A stretch of DNA of 63,376 nt, filler included, from Octopus bimaculoides (taxonomy: Eukaryota): NCBI RefSeq assembly GCF_001194135.2. It is 5 parts of 5 records of this genome, joined end to end, with 100 filler letters (N's around TTAATTAATTAA, not from the genome) between each part and the next. Parts side by side here need not be neighbours in the genome. Positions count along the whole stretch, not along the records: positions 1 to 5,918 come from NC_068993.1; positions 6,019 to 17,651 come from NC_068992.1; 3 more parts are not named here. One strand, 5' to 3'. The translations under genes were made by a program, and so were the position numbers. The notes below the pieces were generated by a model that worked only from the letters and a program-made list of their open reading frames with translations, did not search any database and had not been told where the DNA came from. Below are positions 1 through 14,867 of this stretch, in pieces. How positions within the stretch are numbered: the first letter of the stretch is position 1; each line of letters opens with the position of its first letter.

Positions 1-14
1 AGAGAGAAAGAGAA

Positions 15-59
<45 letters not shown>

Positions 60-60
60 G
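1..60. repeat. (GA)/(GACA)n microsatellite
   Basis: Direct reading of agac tandem units. Confidence 0.95.
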
Positions 61-132
61 TTTTTGCCACTTTGACATTTCGGTAGGTATAAACTGACAG
101 TTAATCTAGCAAATTTTCTTGTTTTGTTTCAG

Positions 133-360
133 ATAAACTCAAAAATTTTGTGACAGTGACCAACGCTTACACCCAAACAGACATACTCTTGAAAGAGCTA
201 CATGACAAAACTCCTGAAGAATGTGCCACTGTTTGTTTATCATTGGAGAGCTGTAAATCATTTGAGTTCTCAAAAGGTGACAGAAGTTGCTCTTTGAGAG
301 ATGATATCGCTGGTTTGAAACTGAAGGTTGATAAGACTAAAAATTATTATCAACGTATTT
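133..360 (+). CDS. Internal coding exon, PAN/Apple domain 1 of a secreted or membrane multi-PAN protein
   Basis: Acceptor ttttgtttcAG (131-132) and donor GTAAGT (361). The exon is 228 nt, phase 1-1 and open: KLKNFVTV...EECATVCLSLESCKSFEF...RSCSL...NYYQRI. This matches the PAN pattern C-x3-C-x5-C-x-S-F-x-F...C-x-L...YY. Confidence 0.9.
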
Positions 361-1127
361 GTAAGTGATTCTATATTTTAACGTTTTATGGAAATAGAAA
401 AAACAATCAATTAGGTGTATGCTGTTATCTTCTAGTCATTTCAATACAACCACGTAGTGTCAATTTCTCCTTTAAATTATCTCAATTTTCTGAGATAGTT
501 TTTACTAAATGTCAAGAGATCTAATATATTCTGTTTATTCTTCTACCCGAAAATGAATATTTATTAAAACTATAACAAACACTTTTAGAATAAACACAAA
601 ACTTCGAATCAGTTGAATCTGCAAACATTTTTCAATGAATAATTCTGTATAACTGATTTTCTGTTACATTGCTAATGCATTTGGGAACTGCATGAACGTC
701 GTGCAATCTAATTTACCTTCTCCTGTAAACTGAAAGTCTTAGGTTAAATTGTAGATTCGTTAAAGCGAAGCCGTAGATTTTCGGATTACAAGATATAATC
801 AATTCAAGTGATCATTATTTTATAGGCTCCAAAATAATGAAATGCAAGACACAGGACGAAGTTGAATTTAATCTAAGATGGTCCCGTTTCTGATGCTGAA
901 AAAAGAAAATAATCTTTCATGATTAAGAAATAAAAGCAATTATGTAGTTACCATTAAACAAATTTGACAAAAATTAAGATGCCTTAAGCAGATAGAAAAT
1001 TAATTTCTTCAGCCCTCACACTGGATTTATATTAGCTATATGAATACATTAGTAATCAGTTAAAAGGCCAACAAATTATATACTCATACACAAGACACGT
1101 TATTTATATGCAATTTATTTGTTGCAG

Positions 1128-1361
1128 TCCCCGGAATTTTGGTAAACGTCCTCGGTGCCAGCATGCCTAAATATAACAATTTGGGAAGAGTCAATAACGT
1201 AAATTTGACTGGGTGTATAAAATCCTGCTACAAAAATCTCAAGTGTCAGTCAATGGAGTTCAAAGAAGAAAACCGCAAATGTGACCTGTCGAGTGCCTCC
1301 CATTTAAACTCGACTTTGGAGCAGAGTAAACATGGCTGGAGTTATTACCAGATCGATAGAG
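1128..1361 (+). CDS. Coding exon, PAN/Apple domain 2 of the same gene
   Basis: Acceptor tttgttgcAG (1126-1127) and donor GTATGT (1362). The exon is 234 nt, phase 1-1 and splices in frame to exon 133-360 (T+TC = Phe): PGILVNV...GCIKSCYKNLKCQSMEF...KCDL...WSYYQIDR. N-glycosylation sequons NLT and NST are present. Confidence 0.9.
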
Positions 1362-3040
1362 GTATGTGTTGTATGTTATGATTCTATGGTTGATGAGTGC
1401 TATTGACAACAGAAACTTCATTCATCAATTATGTAGTGTTTATATCAACCATATTTGTCACTGCATGTTACTTAATACCAATTTATTAAATATATTATAC
1501 ATGACTCTAAATACATTTGGTTCTGTAAAATAACGACTATCAATTTGTTCAATTATGTGAATATCATTCATATAAGTTCAATTCGTCTTCACTTCGAAGA
1601 AAATGAGGTTATGAAAGTCAGAAACTAACCAGTTCGATCCTTATATCAATCTACCAAAGCGTAGTGGTTGCAGCTATTGTATAATTACTGTCACCCCTGA
1701 TTGAGCAGTCCTTGGTTCGCAGGCAATCAACGAGGATCAAACCACAGATCTACCCAGTTATATCATGGCTTCGCCTAGCTGAGAACTATATTGCATACTG
1801 CTACATACAGTGATAAATCATATGCTATATTGCATGTGACAGTCTGAATACGTTACACTCCCCTCACTGTCTGGTATATTTGTGCACTCTAGCGAAGTCT
1901 GGTGGATACTGGCAACAGCAAAGGCAAACACGGTGGGTTCGGTCAGAGTGTTTCAGTTGTTGATCCACTGCACTTATTTTTCCAGCATAATAAGGCCAAT
2001 GATCATTGAATGTTCAACTGTTTACGAGCGCATGTGTCTTTGTGTTTGTGCATATGTTTTCTTTGCAACTATTTTTGTACTTTTGTTTCTGGCAAGTGCA
2101 GAGAGAGTGGGTATTTTAAAAGTGCTTTGGAGTGTTGAATCTTGGGGGTGTTTCGGTGTTTCACAGTAGTTCTTCATGCAACTGTAGGGAATCATATAGG
2201 ATGCAATATAACAGTCTTAGAATAATCTCTCATTCTCCACTGTACGCATCTGTTAATTATGCTCCCATGGATACAAGGAGACGGCCAAGGTGGAGTCAAT
2301 CAGAGTACAGCAGTTTCTCTTTTTGCATTTGATATTGGTTGTGTGCATTCCAGCTTGAGGGGATCGTGGCTGTTGCTGTTGCATTTATTTCTGCATGTAT
2401 GTATCTTTTAGCTTGTCTGGAAGAGGCTAATTTTCTCTAGTTTTACATATATGTCCCAATGATTAGCTGGCTATTCATGCGGTTGCAGTGCTAGTCATGC
2501 GGTTGCAGCAATAGTAGTCATCGCATGCCTAGATGATTTTTCATTTTTAGGTATTAAGAAAACCAAATAAAACACTACCATACTTTAACAAAGGTCCTAA
2601 CAAATTACCTTCCACCATCAATAACTGAGTAAAGCAGCACACACTTTCTTTATCTAAGCTATTTTCACCAGCGCATCCCAGTACTACAGCGAAATGTCAA
2701 TGCTGATGGAATTCAAAGATAATATCCATTGTCTAAGGAATAAAACCAACAAATCAGCCTCGCACAAACATCGCAAACCTAAAATGTTATAGTTCAGACC
2801 ACACAAACCTCGACGGCAAACTTTTCGCCTTAGTATAAACACACTTGCTAAAGATATTAGGAATTATTCAACAAAATTACCGTATTCATCTCATTTCACT
2901 TACCACCACTTCTAAACCTTTTTCAATGTTAAATCCATTAAGACAACAAACTTTGAAGCTGATATATTTAATCACATTGAAAACTCATTCAAGCCTAGTA
3001 TCTGCTACGATATCTATTCTTTCAGAAATATAGATAGAAG

Positions 3041-5537
<2,497 letters not shown>

Positions 5538-6274
5538 CACCACAGCAGGTCCTCCTATGCTATGCACGATGTCTCATTGAAACACGTGTGATCACACACG
5601 CAAAACCAACACCGGAAAGTTTACAAACTATATAAAAAAGAAATGGAACAAAATAGTAAGTACATATATTGAATAATCACGCATACACTCGAACGTGTAC
5701 ACAATGATATATACGTTTTGATACCCATAGAACTACACATGCATCTTAATGTTTACACAACTACGTGAAAATCACAGGACACACTCACGCATACGAAAAC
5801 ATATCGCAAACGAAGCAAAACCAAAACTTTTTTTTTCTTCTTTATTTATTTTCATTTTGTGAACAAACACAGACAGTGAACCATTCATAAGTTTAAAAGG
5901 CCACACACACACACACACNNNNNNNNNNNNNNNNNNNNNNNNNNNNNNNNNNNNNNNNNNNNTTAATTAATTAANNNNNNNNNNNNNNNNNNNNNNNNNN
6001 NNNNNNNNNNNNNNNNNNGGGAGGAGAAGAAGTTGAGATAGGAGTGTGAGTCTGTGTGTTTGTAGTGGATGGAGGTGCTAAGGGCGGAGTGGAGGATGCT
6101 GACCGAAATGTCGAGAAAGGGGACAGAGGTGTCAGAGACAGTACAGGAGAAGTGGAGGGCAGGATGGAAAGACTGAACGAAAGAGAGGAACGAGTCAAGA
6201 TGTTCGCGGGAGAGTGAGGTGGCACCGATACAGTCGTCGATATACCGACCATATATATATATATATATACATAA

Positions 6275-6415
6275 GATGGGCTTCTTTCAGTTTCTACCTA
6301 CCAAATCCACTCATGAGGCTTTGATTGGCCCATGCCCAAGGTGCCATGCAGTGGGACTGAACGTGGAACCATGTGGTTGAAAAGCAAGCTTACCACATGG
6401 CCAAGCCTTTGCCTA
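6275..6415 (-). mobile_element. tRNA-derived SINE family B, 5' half (degenerate)
   Basis: Reverse complement matches the head of the copies at 45116 and 50992 (tgtggtaag..ggttc.cgttcagtcccactgc.tggcaccttgggca..gagtggatttggtag.tagaaactgaaagaagccc). Confidence 0.8.
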
Positions 6416-6456
6416 TAAACACACACACATGCACACATATACATATATAAATATAG

Positions 6457-6490
<34 letters not shown>

Positions 6491-6654
6491 NNNNNNNNNN
6501 NNNNNNNNNNNNNNNNNNNNNNNNNNNNNNNNNNNNNNNNNNNNNNNNNNNNNNNNNNNNNNNNNNNNNNNNNNNNNNNNNNNNNNNNNNCATGGCCGCA
6601 GTCAAATGACTTAAACAAGTAAAAGAGTAAAGAGTATATATAAATATTTAGACA

Positions 6655-6890
6655 AACATGCTCAAGTGGTTAAGTTTGTTTCATGATGTTCTGGGTTCGA
6701 TCCCCGATCAACACACATTTTGTGAGTGAAATGGGGTCGATGGAAATCGTGCAGAAGCCCTACAGGTTGGATTGTCTGTGTAATTGAAAATGGTCAACTT
6801 CGTCACATAGTGTCACGCTGGTTCCGCCTGAAGGTTACGTTAATGATGATACTCGTGTCTATGAGATACTTGACTACTTAACATAATCCC
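6655..6890 (+). mobile_element. Old tRNA-derived SINE sharing the central core of family C
   Basis: A-box-like gctcaagtggttaag and B-box gggttcgatccc. The core gtcacatagtgtcacgctgg..gttacgttaatgat..cgtgtctatg resembles 37058-37130. Confidence 0.55.
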
Positions 6891-7973
6891 ATGAATTTGA
6901 AGTTTATTTGTTCGAACAACTAGAACACTCATTATAGAATCCGACGGAGATCCATTTACATCACTGCTTGTGTCTATCTTTGTGCATATTGCAATTACAA
7001 ATAGATGTCTGTACTGTGTAAATATATCTAGCTGTACTTCTCTGTTTGTGTGTGTATGTGTGTGTGACATGCTTATATTTACGTATGTATGTGACACAAG
7101 CTTATATTTACGTACGTATGTATGTAATGGATATACTATTTAGCTGCTTAATTTTTATGGTTCAGTAAGCATCAAGATCGCCACACATACATGCACACAT
7201 ATATACTTATATACAAGCATACGCATAAAATGCATATTCACATATGCAAGTTGTACAGGAAGGTGTCATAACCAATGACTGGCATAGTAATATCCTTGTT
7301 GCCTGCTGCTATTTGGGCAAAAACGAGATACACTTGAGAGGGGGAACTACAGCGCCATCAAATTGTTAGATCTTTTAAAAAAAAGAACTATTACAAAATT
7401 GATTTAACAGGATTACTCCGGATGAGATGTAGTTTGGCTGTTTCATATTTCTTAGTGAGACAACTGCAGTAGTAAGTAGCTAAGAGTAGACTCAGCATCT
7501 GTCACCCCAAAAGAGGCCTTTGTGTTCCTTTTGTTTGCTGAGAAAGCCAGGTGTTGACAAATGGGTTTTGAGAGCTGTACAAGCCATGTGATATTGGTGC
7601 TGTGAGCTATGAGTTCGGTAATGAGTTCAGCCTGCAGGTAGGGTTCCGTCAGAGTTCAATTCTCAGCCCTGTCATGTTTATTATAATCCTCCAGCTCCAG
7701 TCCTTAAGTTAGCTGCTCATGGGAACTCTTATGCATATGTGGCTTTTCCTTGTAGCAGAATCTGTAGCAGAGTCGAAGAAAATTCCTGACAAAGAAGCGA
7801 AATCTAGAACTGAAAGATCTCAAAGTAAACTTAGTCTAGTGAGTATGAAAGAAGACAGGGCCCTGCCACCGTCAGATATGCTTGAACTACAGAAATGGTG
7901 AAGATAGAAACTCTCTACCTTGTACCTAGTGCAAATAGTAGATACAAGCGTTGTAGTAGGATCACAGGCAGGT

Positions 7974-8197
7974 TTAACCCGTTAGCAGTTAAACCGACCA
8001 TATCGGGTCCAAATTTCCTGTTTTATATTCAAATCGGCCAGATCTAGCCTCTCACATCTCCCCGACAATGTCGTTCTGAAAAAATAAACAATCATATCAT
8101 TGAAATTTCGAAACTATGAGATAAAATATGAATAATTCGAAACCATGTGAATAAATAATTATTAGATATGACAGTAATCTGAATACTAAAGGGTCAA
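7974..8197. mobile_element. piggyBac-type MITE
   Basis: TTAA|cccgttagca ... tactaaaggg|TCAA termini (TTAA target site plus CCC..GGG TIRs), inserted in the RTE LINE. Confidence 0.65.
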
Positions 8198-8261
8198 AAG
8201 AGAAGAGATATTTCATACGTGGCAATAAACTCTAAGAACACGCTTGAAATAAACTTTCTGA

Positions 8262-8492
8262 AGGCGGCGAGCTGGCAGAATCGTTAGCACGTCGGGCGAA
8301 AGGCTTAGCGGTATTTCGTCTGCCGTGACGTTCTGAGTTCAAATTCCGCCGAGGTCGACTTTGCCTTTCATCCTTTCGGGGTCGATAAATTAAGTACCAG
8401 TTACGCACTGGGTCGATGTAATCGACTTAATCCCTTTGTCTGTCCTTGTTTGTCCCCTCTGTGTGTAGCCCCTTGTGGGCAGTAAAGAAATA
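8262..8492 (+). mobile_element. Full-length tRNA-derived SINE family A (tail type 1) with 16-bp TSD
   Basis: A-box tggcagaatcgttag and B-box gagttcaaattcc. Perfect TSD gaaataaactttctga at 8246-8261 and 8493-8508. Confidence 0.93.
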
Positions 8493-8744
8493 GAAATAAA
8501 CTTTCTGATATGGCCAAAGGGCTTCCTAGAAGTTGTTAAAAGCTTCTGTTATCTAAGTGATCTAATAAGTGAGGGAAAGAGGTGAGTGGTCTGAAAGTAT
8601 AATAGTCAGAGTAAGAAGAACAGGTTGGAAAAAGTTGAGGATACTGTTTCTTCTGCTGGCAACCAGGATCTCTTTTAGATTGAAAGGTATTGCATAATGT
8701 TTATGTGCAATGTGCAATGCTGTTTGGTAAAATGTGGGCTTATC

Positions 8745-8878
8745 AACATTTCCTGTTCTTGTACATAAGCTGAGAGCTGTCAGCCTTTTTTCTACTGTTG
8801 CTTTTGTCTGGAAAGTAAGAATGTAGACAACCAAAAGGTCTTTAACGAAGTACAAGTGATTAAACTGTGTTTTTGGTA
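8745..8878. repeat. Unclassified ~135-bp dispersed repeat, copy 1 (copy 2 at ~10152-10280)
   Basis: acatttcctgttcttgtacat..gtcagc..ctgttgcttt.gtctggaaa.ta.gaatg.agacaac.aaa.ggtctttaac.aagtacaagtga.taaactgt is shared by both copies. Confidence 0.75.
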
Positions 8879-11800
8879 AGATGTGGGCTCCAAATGCAGA
8901 GAATTTGTGAAAACTAGGAAGAAATGAAGCAAATATACTTTGTTCATATGTAACATTAGTTTGTGTCTATAAGAGTACAAATGAGCTGAGAGAGAATCTG
9001 GATATAAAAGGAATCACATGTAGTGTGAAAGAGAGAAAGCTGTGGTGCTATGGGAATGTGGTGGGGATGGATGAGGACAACTGCATAAAATGATTGTTAA
9101 TAAGAAGGGCACCCAGCTTTAGAAACCCTGATCGATTTTAGAACAATAACTTAGAATAAGAATTAACTCAGACTGTGGTGGTCTGTCCCTTCCATGCCTC
9201 CATGTAAACTGGACGAAATATGATGATGACGATGACGATGTGTGTGTGTGTGTGCGTGTGTATTTATAAACAAGAGATAGTGAACTCCATACTTAAAACA
9301 GAGTATAAACTACAAAAGTGGCTGAAGGGCCTTGAGTTTCGAGCCAAGATACATCTATTTATCGCTCATTGATTGATAACTGTCTTGGTACAAAATTCTT
9401 GGCACTTCAATCATTTGTGTACATTTATGTGTGTGCGTTCATTTCAGAGTTCTCATAAATGCCATGTCTCCTGATTCTATATATTTTCTTTACTTTTCTG
9501 TAGATATCCCTTCCTTATTTTGATACAACTCAACATTTCCAAATGCCTTCCTCAATCCTACTTTTACACACATTTCTATCTGTATCATATTTCTATATCT
9601 GTTACTTTTTATACTCATAACGCTCGATCGATCTATATGCCTATCAGTCTGTCTACTTATCTATTTCTCTGTCTATCTATCTGTTTGTCTTTCTATATCT
9701 ATGTTCTTGTATATGTCTATATACTTGCCTGCCTATCTATGTCTGTTTCCTTATCGATATACCAAGCTATCTCTCAGTATACTTGTCTATTTACTTATAT
9801 CCTTGTCTATCTCTCTATGTCCTTCCATCTGTCTATATGCCTGTTTATATTTTCTACATGCTTATTTCTACTTCTCATCAGAGAATTAGTATTAAGATGA
9901 TTCAGTTTTATTTTATTCCAATAATAATACCGATATACAATGGCGGATTAGTCTAAAATATTTCTAATTTTTTGTTTTGCTTTTATAGTCCTCATGTTTC
10001 TTCTAATCTTTCTTAAAAATAAAGACAAAGCAACAAATAAAAGTTTGGGAATGAGAAATCATAAGGAAAATAGGGAAAGGACAGAGAGAAAGAGTGGTGG
10101 ATTGATAAAATAATGTATTTTACTTCCTCGAATACATTTTCTATCTTCTCACATTTCCTGTTCTTGTACATGAAGCCGTTAGCAGTCAGCTTTTTCTTCT
10201 CCTGTTGCTTTCGTCTGGAAATTACGAATGCAGACAACTAAAGGGTCTTTAACAAAGTACAAGTGACTAAACTGTATTTTACTTTGTTTTTTCTTCTTTT
10301 TTTTGAAGATCTTTCGTTTCATGTACATATAATGGTAGGCATCAAATCATCATCGTCATCATCTTCATCATCATCTAACGTCCGTTTTCTTTGCAGGCAT
10401 AGGTTGGGAAAAGTGAAGAAAGGAAACAACTTTTAAACTATTTGCATTGTAAATGATGTTAAACCAGGCGATGGATGAAATCTACTACATCAAAGAATTT
10501 AGGGCGCAAACAATAGGAACAAATGCCGCAAAATATCTTGTTCAAGTACCCTAATAATTTCTCTTATCTTAGAATGGTACTTTATTTTATCGACCCTGAA
10601 AGGATGAAAAGCTAAGGTAATCGTGGCTGGGTTGGAACTCAGAATGTAAAGAGTTCGAACAAATACTGCAAATACTGAATTTCGTCTTACATTCTAACCA
10701 TGCTGTTAATTTCCCATCTTTGAATTGTCTGTCAGGATCATAATCTCTGTTGCATTACACGGCTCTGTTTTGAGGTGAATTTCATTCGTTATCAAAATTG
10801 ATTGCAAGAAATTTTATCTTTTATTTTCTATTTGTTTTAGTCATCTGACTGTGGCCATGCTTCTACACTGCCTTTCATAATTTGAGAAAATATTTTATGT
10901 AACATTGACATGGTTTCGAGGATACTTAAATAACATGGGTGCTAAATATTAAATTTTAATTATAAAATATTTTTAAAAAGGCAAAAAATTACATTCCTTT
11001 GTAATTAAATATATACAGTGTGACTGCGTGAAATATATAGTGTTATTGGTAAGTTCCAGTAACAGGCTGTGGCGGTTAATGTGTTAAGATGGTTTTTATA
11101 ACTTGTCCACCAACACTATGGTGAAGAATGAAGATTTGTAGAGAGGCAGACCCTGTTTTGTTTTTGCAATAAAATGTAGGGAGTATGCAAAAAAATCCCT
11201 AATATTTGTGGCAAGGTGGAATGGGTACTGTTTGTCAGTTTATAAGAATCTCTGATTTAACTTGGCAAAAATAGTTATGTAATTTGATGATCTGTGGAAT
11301 ATAAAAAAAAAATCCCCTTTAGCAGGAAAAGCACCCGGCCGTTAAAATTCTGCCTCAAAATCAATTCCTATCTAAACCATGTTGAACATAAAATAAGTAG
11401 ATATTTATTTATTCAATAAAAAAAAATCATGTCATTTGTTCGAGGTCTCTCATTGGTATATTTTATCCTATCTAGAGAATGTTCTGACACAAGTAAGTTT
11501 CTCGTAAAGTTTCTTCATCAATCAGATTATCTCTCATCTCATTAGGGTCCTGTCATTGTATTTCCTTGATCACCACAAACCTCCCCTACTCTTCCACCTC
11601 TCATTAATGAACCATTCTTTCTTTTTTATCTTTTCTAAATTATTTACTTTCATTTTATTGTCAGAAGCATTCATTAATTACTTTACTACGTCTAGCTTCA
11701 TTAACTACCCCATCGTTAATCTCTCTCCGACCATCACCAACACTTCCACTGCCTACTACCAGCGATAATCTCCTGTTTGTTGTAGGACTTTCTGTCGATA

Positions 11801-12344
11801 ATTTTGAGGTTTTTGTTCTGAGGTTTCTTCTCTTAAAATGTTTACTTTGTATCATCTTTAAATGAGTTAATCCCTTATTTGGATTATTAGATAATCCATT
11901 TAATCCATTGTATAATTAATCAACTGTTTTACCCTGACTCCCCTGGGATCACTGAACATTCAACAAGGATGTCTCAATGAAAAGTCTCACTAATTATCTA
12001 ATTTTATTTTTGTTCCTATTAGGTAATATTTAACCTATTTTCAATATCCCCAACATCGCCTGTTTGAGTGGATGAAGTGAAGGTGAGATCAAGTTATTTG
12101 GTGTGAATCTAATTTGGTATGAAGTTTTCTTCGTAGCTTTTTAAAATTTCTTTTTTTCTTCTTTCTATGTTTAATACCTCTGGGTCTCAGGATATTATTT
12201 TACTCCTCAAAATGTTGCATTACGGTCGTGAGCGTAGACAGTAGGCACAATATCAACATGATACAGTCACCATTAAAGACAATGCACAAGTGTGACAGAC
12301 AGTATAACTTATGGTTATATGTGTGTGTATTTTCATACATAATA

Positions 12345-12447
12345 TGGCTATGTGGTAAGTAGCTTGCGTGGCACCCTGGGCAAGTGTCTTCGACCAAAGC
12401 CTTGTGTGTGGATTTGGTAGACGGAAACTGACGGCCCGTCGCGCGCG

Positions 12448-12486
<39 letters not shown>

Positions 12487-12708
12487 ACAATATATATATA
12501 TATGAATATGTGTGTATATGTTTGTCTGTTTGTCGCTTGACAGTCGATGCTGGTGTGTTTACGTCCCAGTAACTTAGCGGTTCGGGAAAAGAGAAAGATA
12601 GAATAAGTACTAGGCTTACAAAGAATAAGTCCTGGGGTCGATTTGCTCGAGTAAATGTGGTGCTCCAGCATGGCCGCAGTCAAATGACTGAAACAAATAA
12701 AAGAATAA
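12345..12708 (+). mobile_element. SINE family B with internal deletions and microsatellite spacer
   Basis: Head tgtggtaagtagcttg, body gatgctggtgtgtttacgtccc.gtaacttagcggttcgg, tail catggccgcagtcaaatgactgaaacaa.taaaagaat. Confidence 0.9.
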
Positions 12709-13259
12709 TAGAATGTGTGCGTGTGTGTGTGTGTGTATAAAGGGATTCGGTGAAATTTGTAATAAAATGAATTTCGGAATGTCCAAATTAAGTTCTGAAG
12801 AATAATCCTCTTTGATACATCATTATGTGAATATATAATTGTATCTTCATGTAAGTATTTAAGGCATGTGTGAAGTATATACAATGTGCATATACCTTCA
12901 AATAATAGTTGAGGATGTAACTGAATGTGAATTATGAAAAGGCTGTAAACGTGTTATTAAATATTTTTGGCCTCTTATGGATTTTAATAGATTATATATG
13001 CACACACACACACACACACACCTATATATTTATATTGATCTAGCATATGTATGTATGTATATATAATCAGCAGCTGTTTCTTATGCCTGATGGAGTAGTT
13101 ATTGTATGTTAATGTTGTTGATGACTGAGAAAGCCAATTCTCATGTGAAATAGGTAAGAACAAAAATGGTGAGGTTGAGATGGTGGAGGGCATGGTGGTT
13201 GTTGTTGCATCTTGCATTCTTCAACTTATCTTTTCCTTTTGACTTTTAAAATGGTCAGT

Positions 13260-14430
13260 AACATGGTGATGAACCATTTTCTAAATGCCTGCCATTTTGA
13301 ATGTTAATTTTGTTCCTGGTTTTTGTCATAACTGAAAGGATATCCTCGTGGTCTTTTTTCTCACTGTTTTAATTCACTGAATCATATTTAGCTAGAAAAT
13401 CCTTTTCCATTCAAACTTCGTCCTATCTTGTGGATGGTGTCTCATTATGATTGAGGCTATGCTTTGACTCTTGGTTTTTTTTTAGTTATGGTGCAGAGTT
13501 TTTGTCGATGGAAGTGCTCAAACTTTTTGATGTCCTGACAAAGTGTTCATATTTCACAACCTTATAATAATGTTGCTGACAACTGCTTGGTAATCCTTTC
13601 ATTCCATTTTTGGAGTTAGATGTTTGCTCTTAAAAACTTCTTTTTCCAGTTTTCAAAATATTGAATTGGGTAATCCAATTCTTTGTTTCATATCCTTAAA
13701 TACATTTATTGGAAAGAATATTTGCAAGAGGAGAAAAGTGGTTTAGTTATTCAAGGGATGTGTCAGAGACATTAGTCTTTGGAGCAGGTTTGATGAAGAC
13801 TTCAGTTTTCTTGATAGTTACTGTTGAAACCAAAACTATCGTAATCATTGGTAAAGTTGTTGACCAATCGCTGGAGTTCTGATATGTATGAGACAGTGGA
13901 ACATTGAGACAGTGGAACATTGAGACAGAGAACATATGAGACAGAGGAAGATTATGAGACAGTGGAACATTGAGACAGAGAACATATGAAACAGAGGAAG
14001 ATTGTGGAATATTGAGACAGAGAACATACGAGACAGAGGAAGATTATGAAACAGTGGAACATTGAGACAGAGAACATACGAGACAGAGGAAGATTATGAA
14101 ACAGTGGAACATTGAGACAGAGGAAGATTATGAGACTGTTTAAAGCCTTTTTTCCAGGTTGAAGATGTCAATGAATAATAGTTTCTGTGGTTATGTTTTT
14201 TTCTTGTATTTGTCTTGCATAGAAAATTATGTTGATAGTGCCACAGGAGGTACAAAAACTGCATTGAGATTCCATAAAACTTTCTCCAGAATTATCTGGA
14301 GACAGTTTAGGATTCTTACAAATATTTTTCCTAGCACATGCATATAATTTATATACACGGGTGAAGTCGTTCTGACCACTTTGCGATGAAGCCTTTTTCA
14401 TAAACGTTGTTTGATAACATGAAGCAAGTA
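13260..14430 (-). mobile_element. Degenerate RTE/BovB-like LINE fragment (RT C-half and thumb)
   Basis: Minus-strand motifs TIKKTEVFIKPAP, LL*GCEI*TL..IKKFEHFH (LLYGCETWTL), SELKQ*EKRPRG.P (YSEL..GKRPRG). Many stops. Confidence 0.65.
13890..14137. repeat. Minisatellite with ~50-bp higher-order unit
   Basis: Monomers A=gagacagtggaacatt (16), B=gagacagagaacatat/c (16) and C=gagacagaggaagattat (18), arranged about A-A-B-C-A-B-C'-B-C-A-B-C-A-C. Confidence 0.9.
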
Positions 14431-14831
14431 TAAAGTTTGGGATCTAATTTTGATATCAAGAACTAGTTGATTACATTAAACATTAAACAATTTGGGACCT
14501 GTTGATTTTGATAAAGACAAAATCAGTTAATAACGTTCGTGATTATAAGCGGCTTATGCGCGCGCGTACACGCACACGCGCGCGCATACACACACGCGCG
14601 CGCACATACACGCACGCACACACACACACACAAACACACACACGCACACAAACACACACACAAACACACACACACACACAAGTATGATCACTTTGCGGCG
14701 ATCTTTCGTTTTGAGAAATCGCCCATTGCAACCTTTTGGTTTACTGTTTAGTCCCGGTGCGCAGCACCTTGGACAGATGTCTTCCACCCTTGTAATGTGA
14801 CCGGATCGACCAATGTCTGAAACCAGTAAAA

Positions 14832-14867
<36 letters not shown>

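Larger units (their letters stand above)
7250..9240 (+). mobile_element. Degenerate RTE-clade LINE (RT to 3' tail), interrupted by younger insertions
   Basis: Broken-frame motifs VVQEGVITNDWHS, VRQLQ, QVGFRQSSILSPVMFIIILQ, LEVVKSFCYL, RVRRTGWKK(F)R, ERKLWCYGNVVGMDED. Ends in an RTE-type tail ccatg..aactggacgaaatatgatgatgac. Confidence 0.72.

Noticed and set aside
1882-2332. ORFs 1882-2169 and 2132-2332 as further exons of the PAN gene
   Set aside because: No PAN Cys pattern, no in-frame acceptor/donor pair found, and no recognisable protein.
5963-5974. TTAATTAATTAA islands inside N runs (also 17696-17707, 36068-36079, 58835-58846)
   Set aside because: An identical 12-mer with stops in all six frames, centred between equal N runs. 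It is an assembly spacer, not biology.
9520-9900. 126-aa hydrophobic ORF
   Set aside because: It is the translation of a degenerate (CTAT/CTGT)n tract.
11460-11950. Possible Tx1/L1-like RT remnant on the minus strand
   Set aside because: Only one vague motif (IQSKHFKR vs DQSKAFDR), too decayed to support.
13890-14137. CRISPR-like array
   Set aside because: There are no unique spacers; the units are contiguous variants of one monomer in a eukaryotic context.
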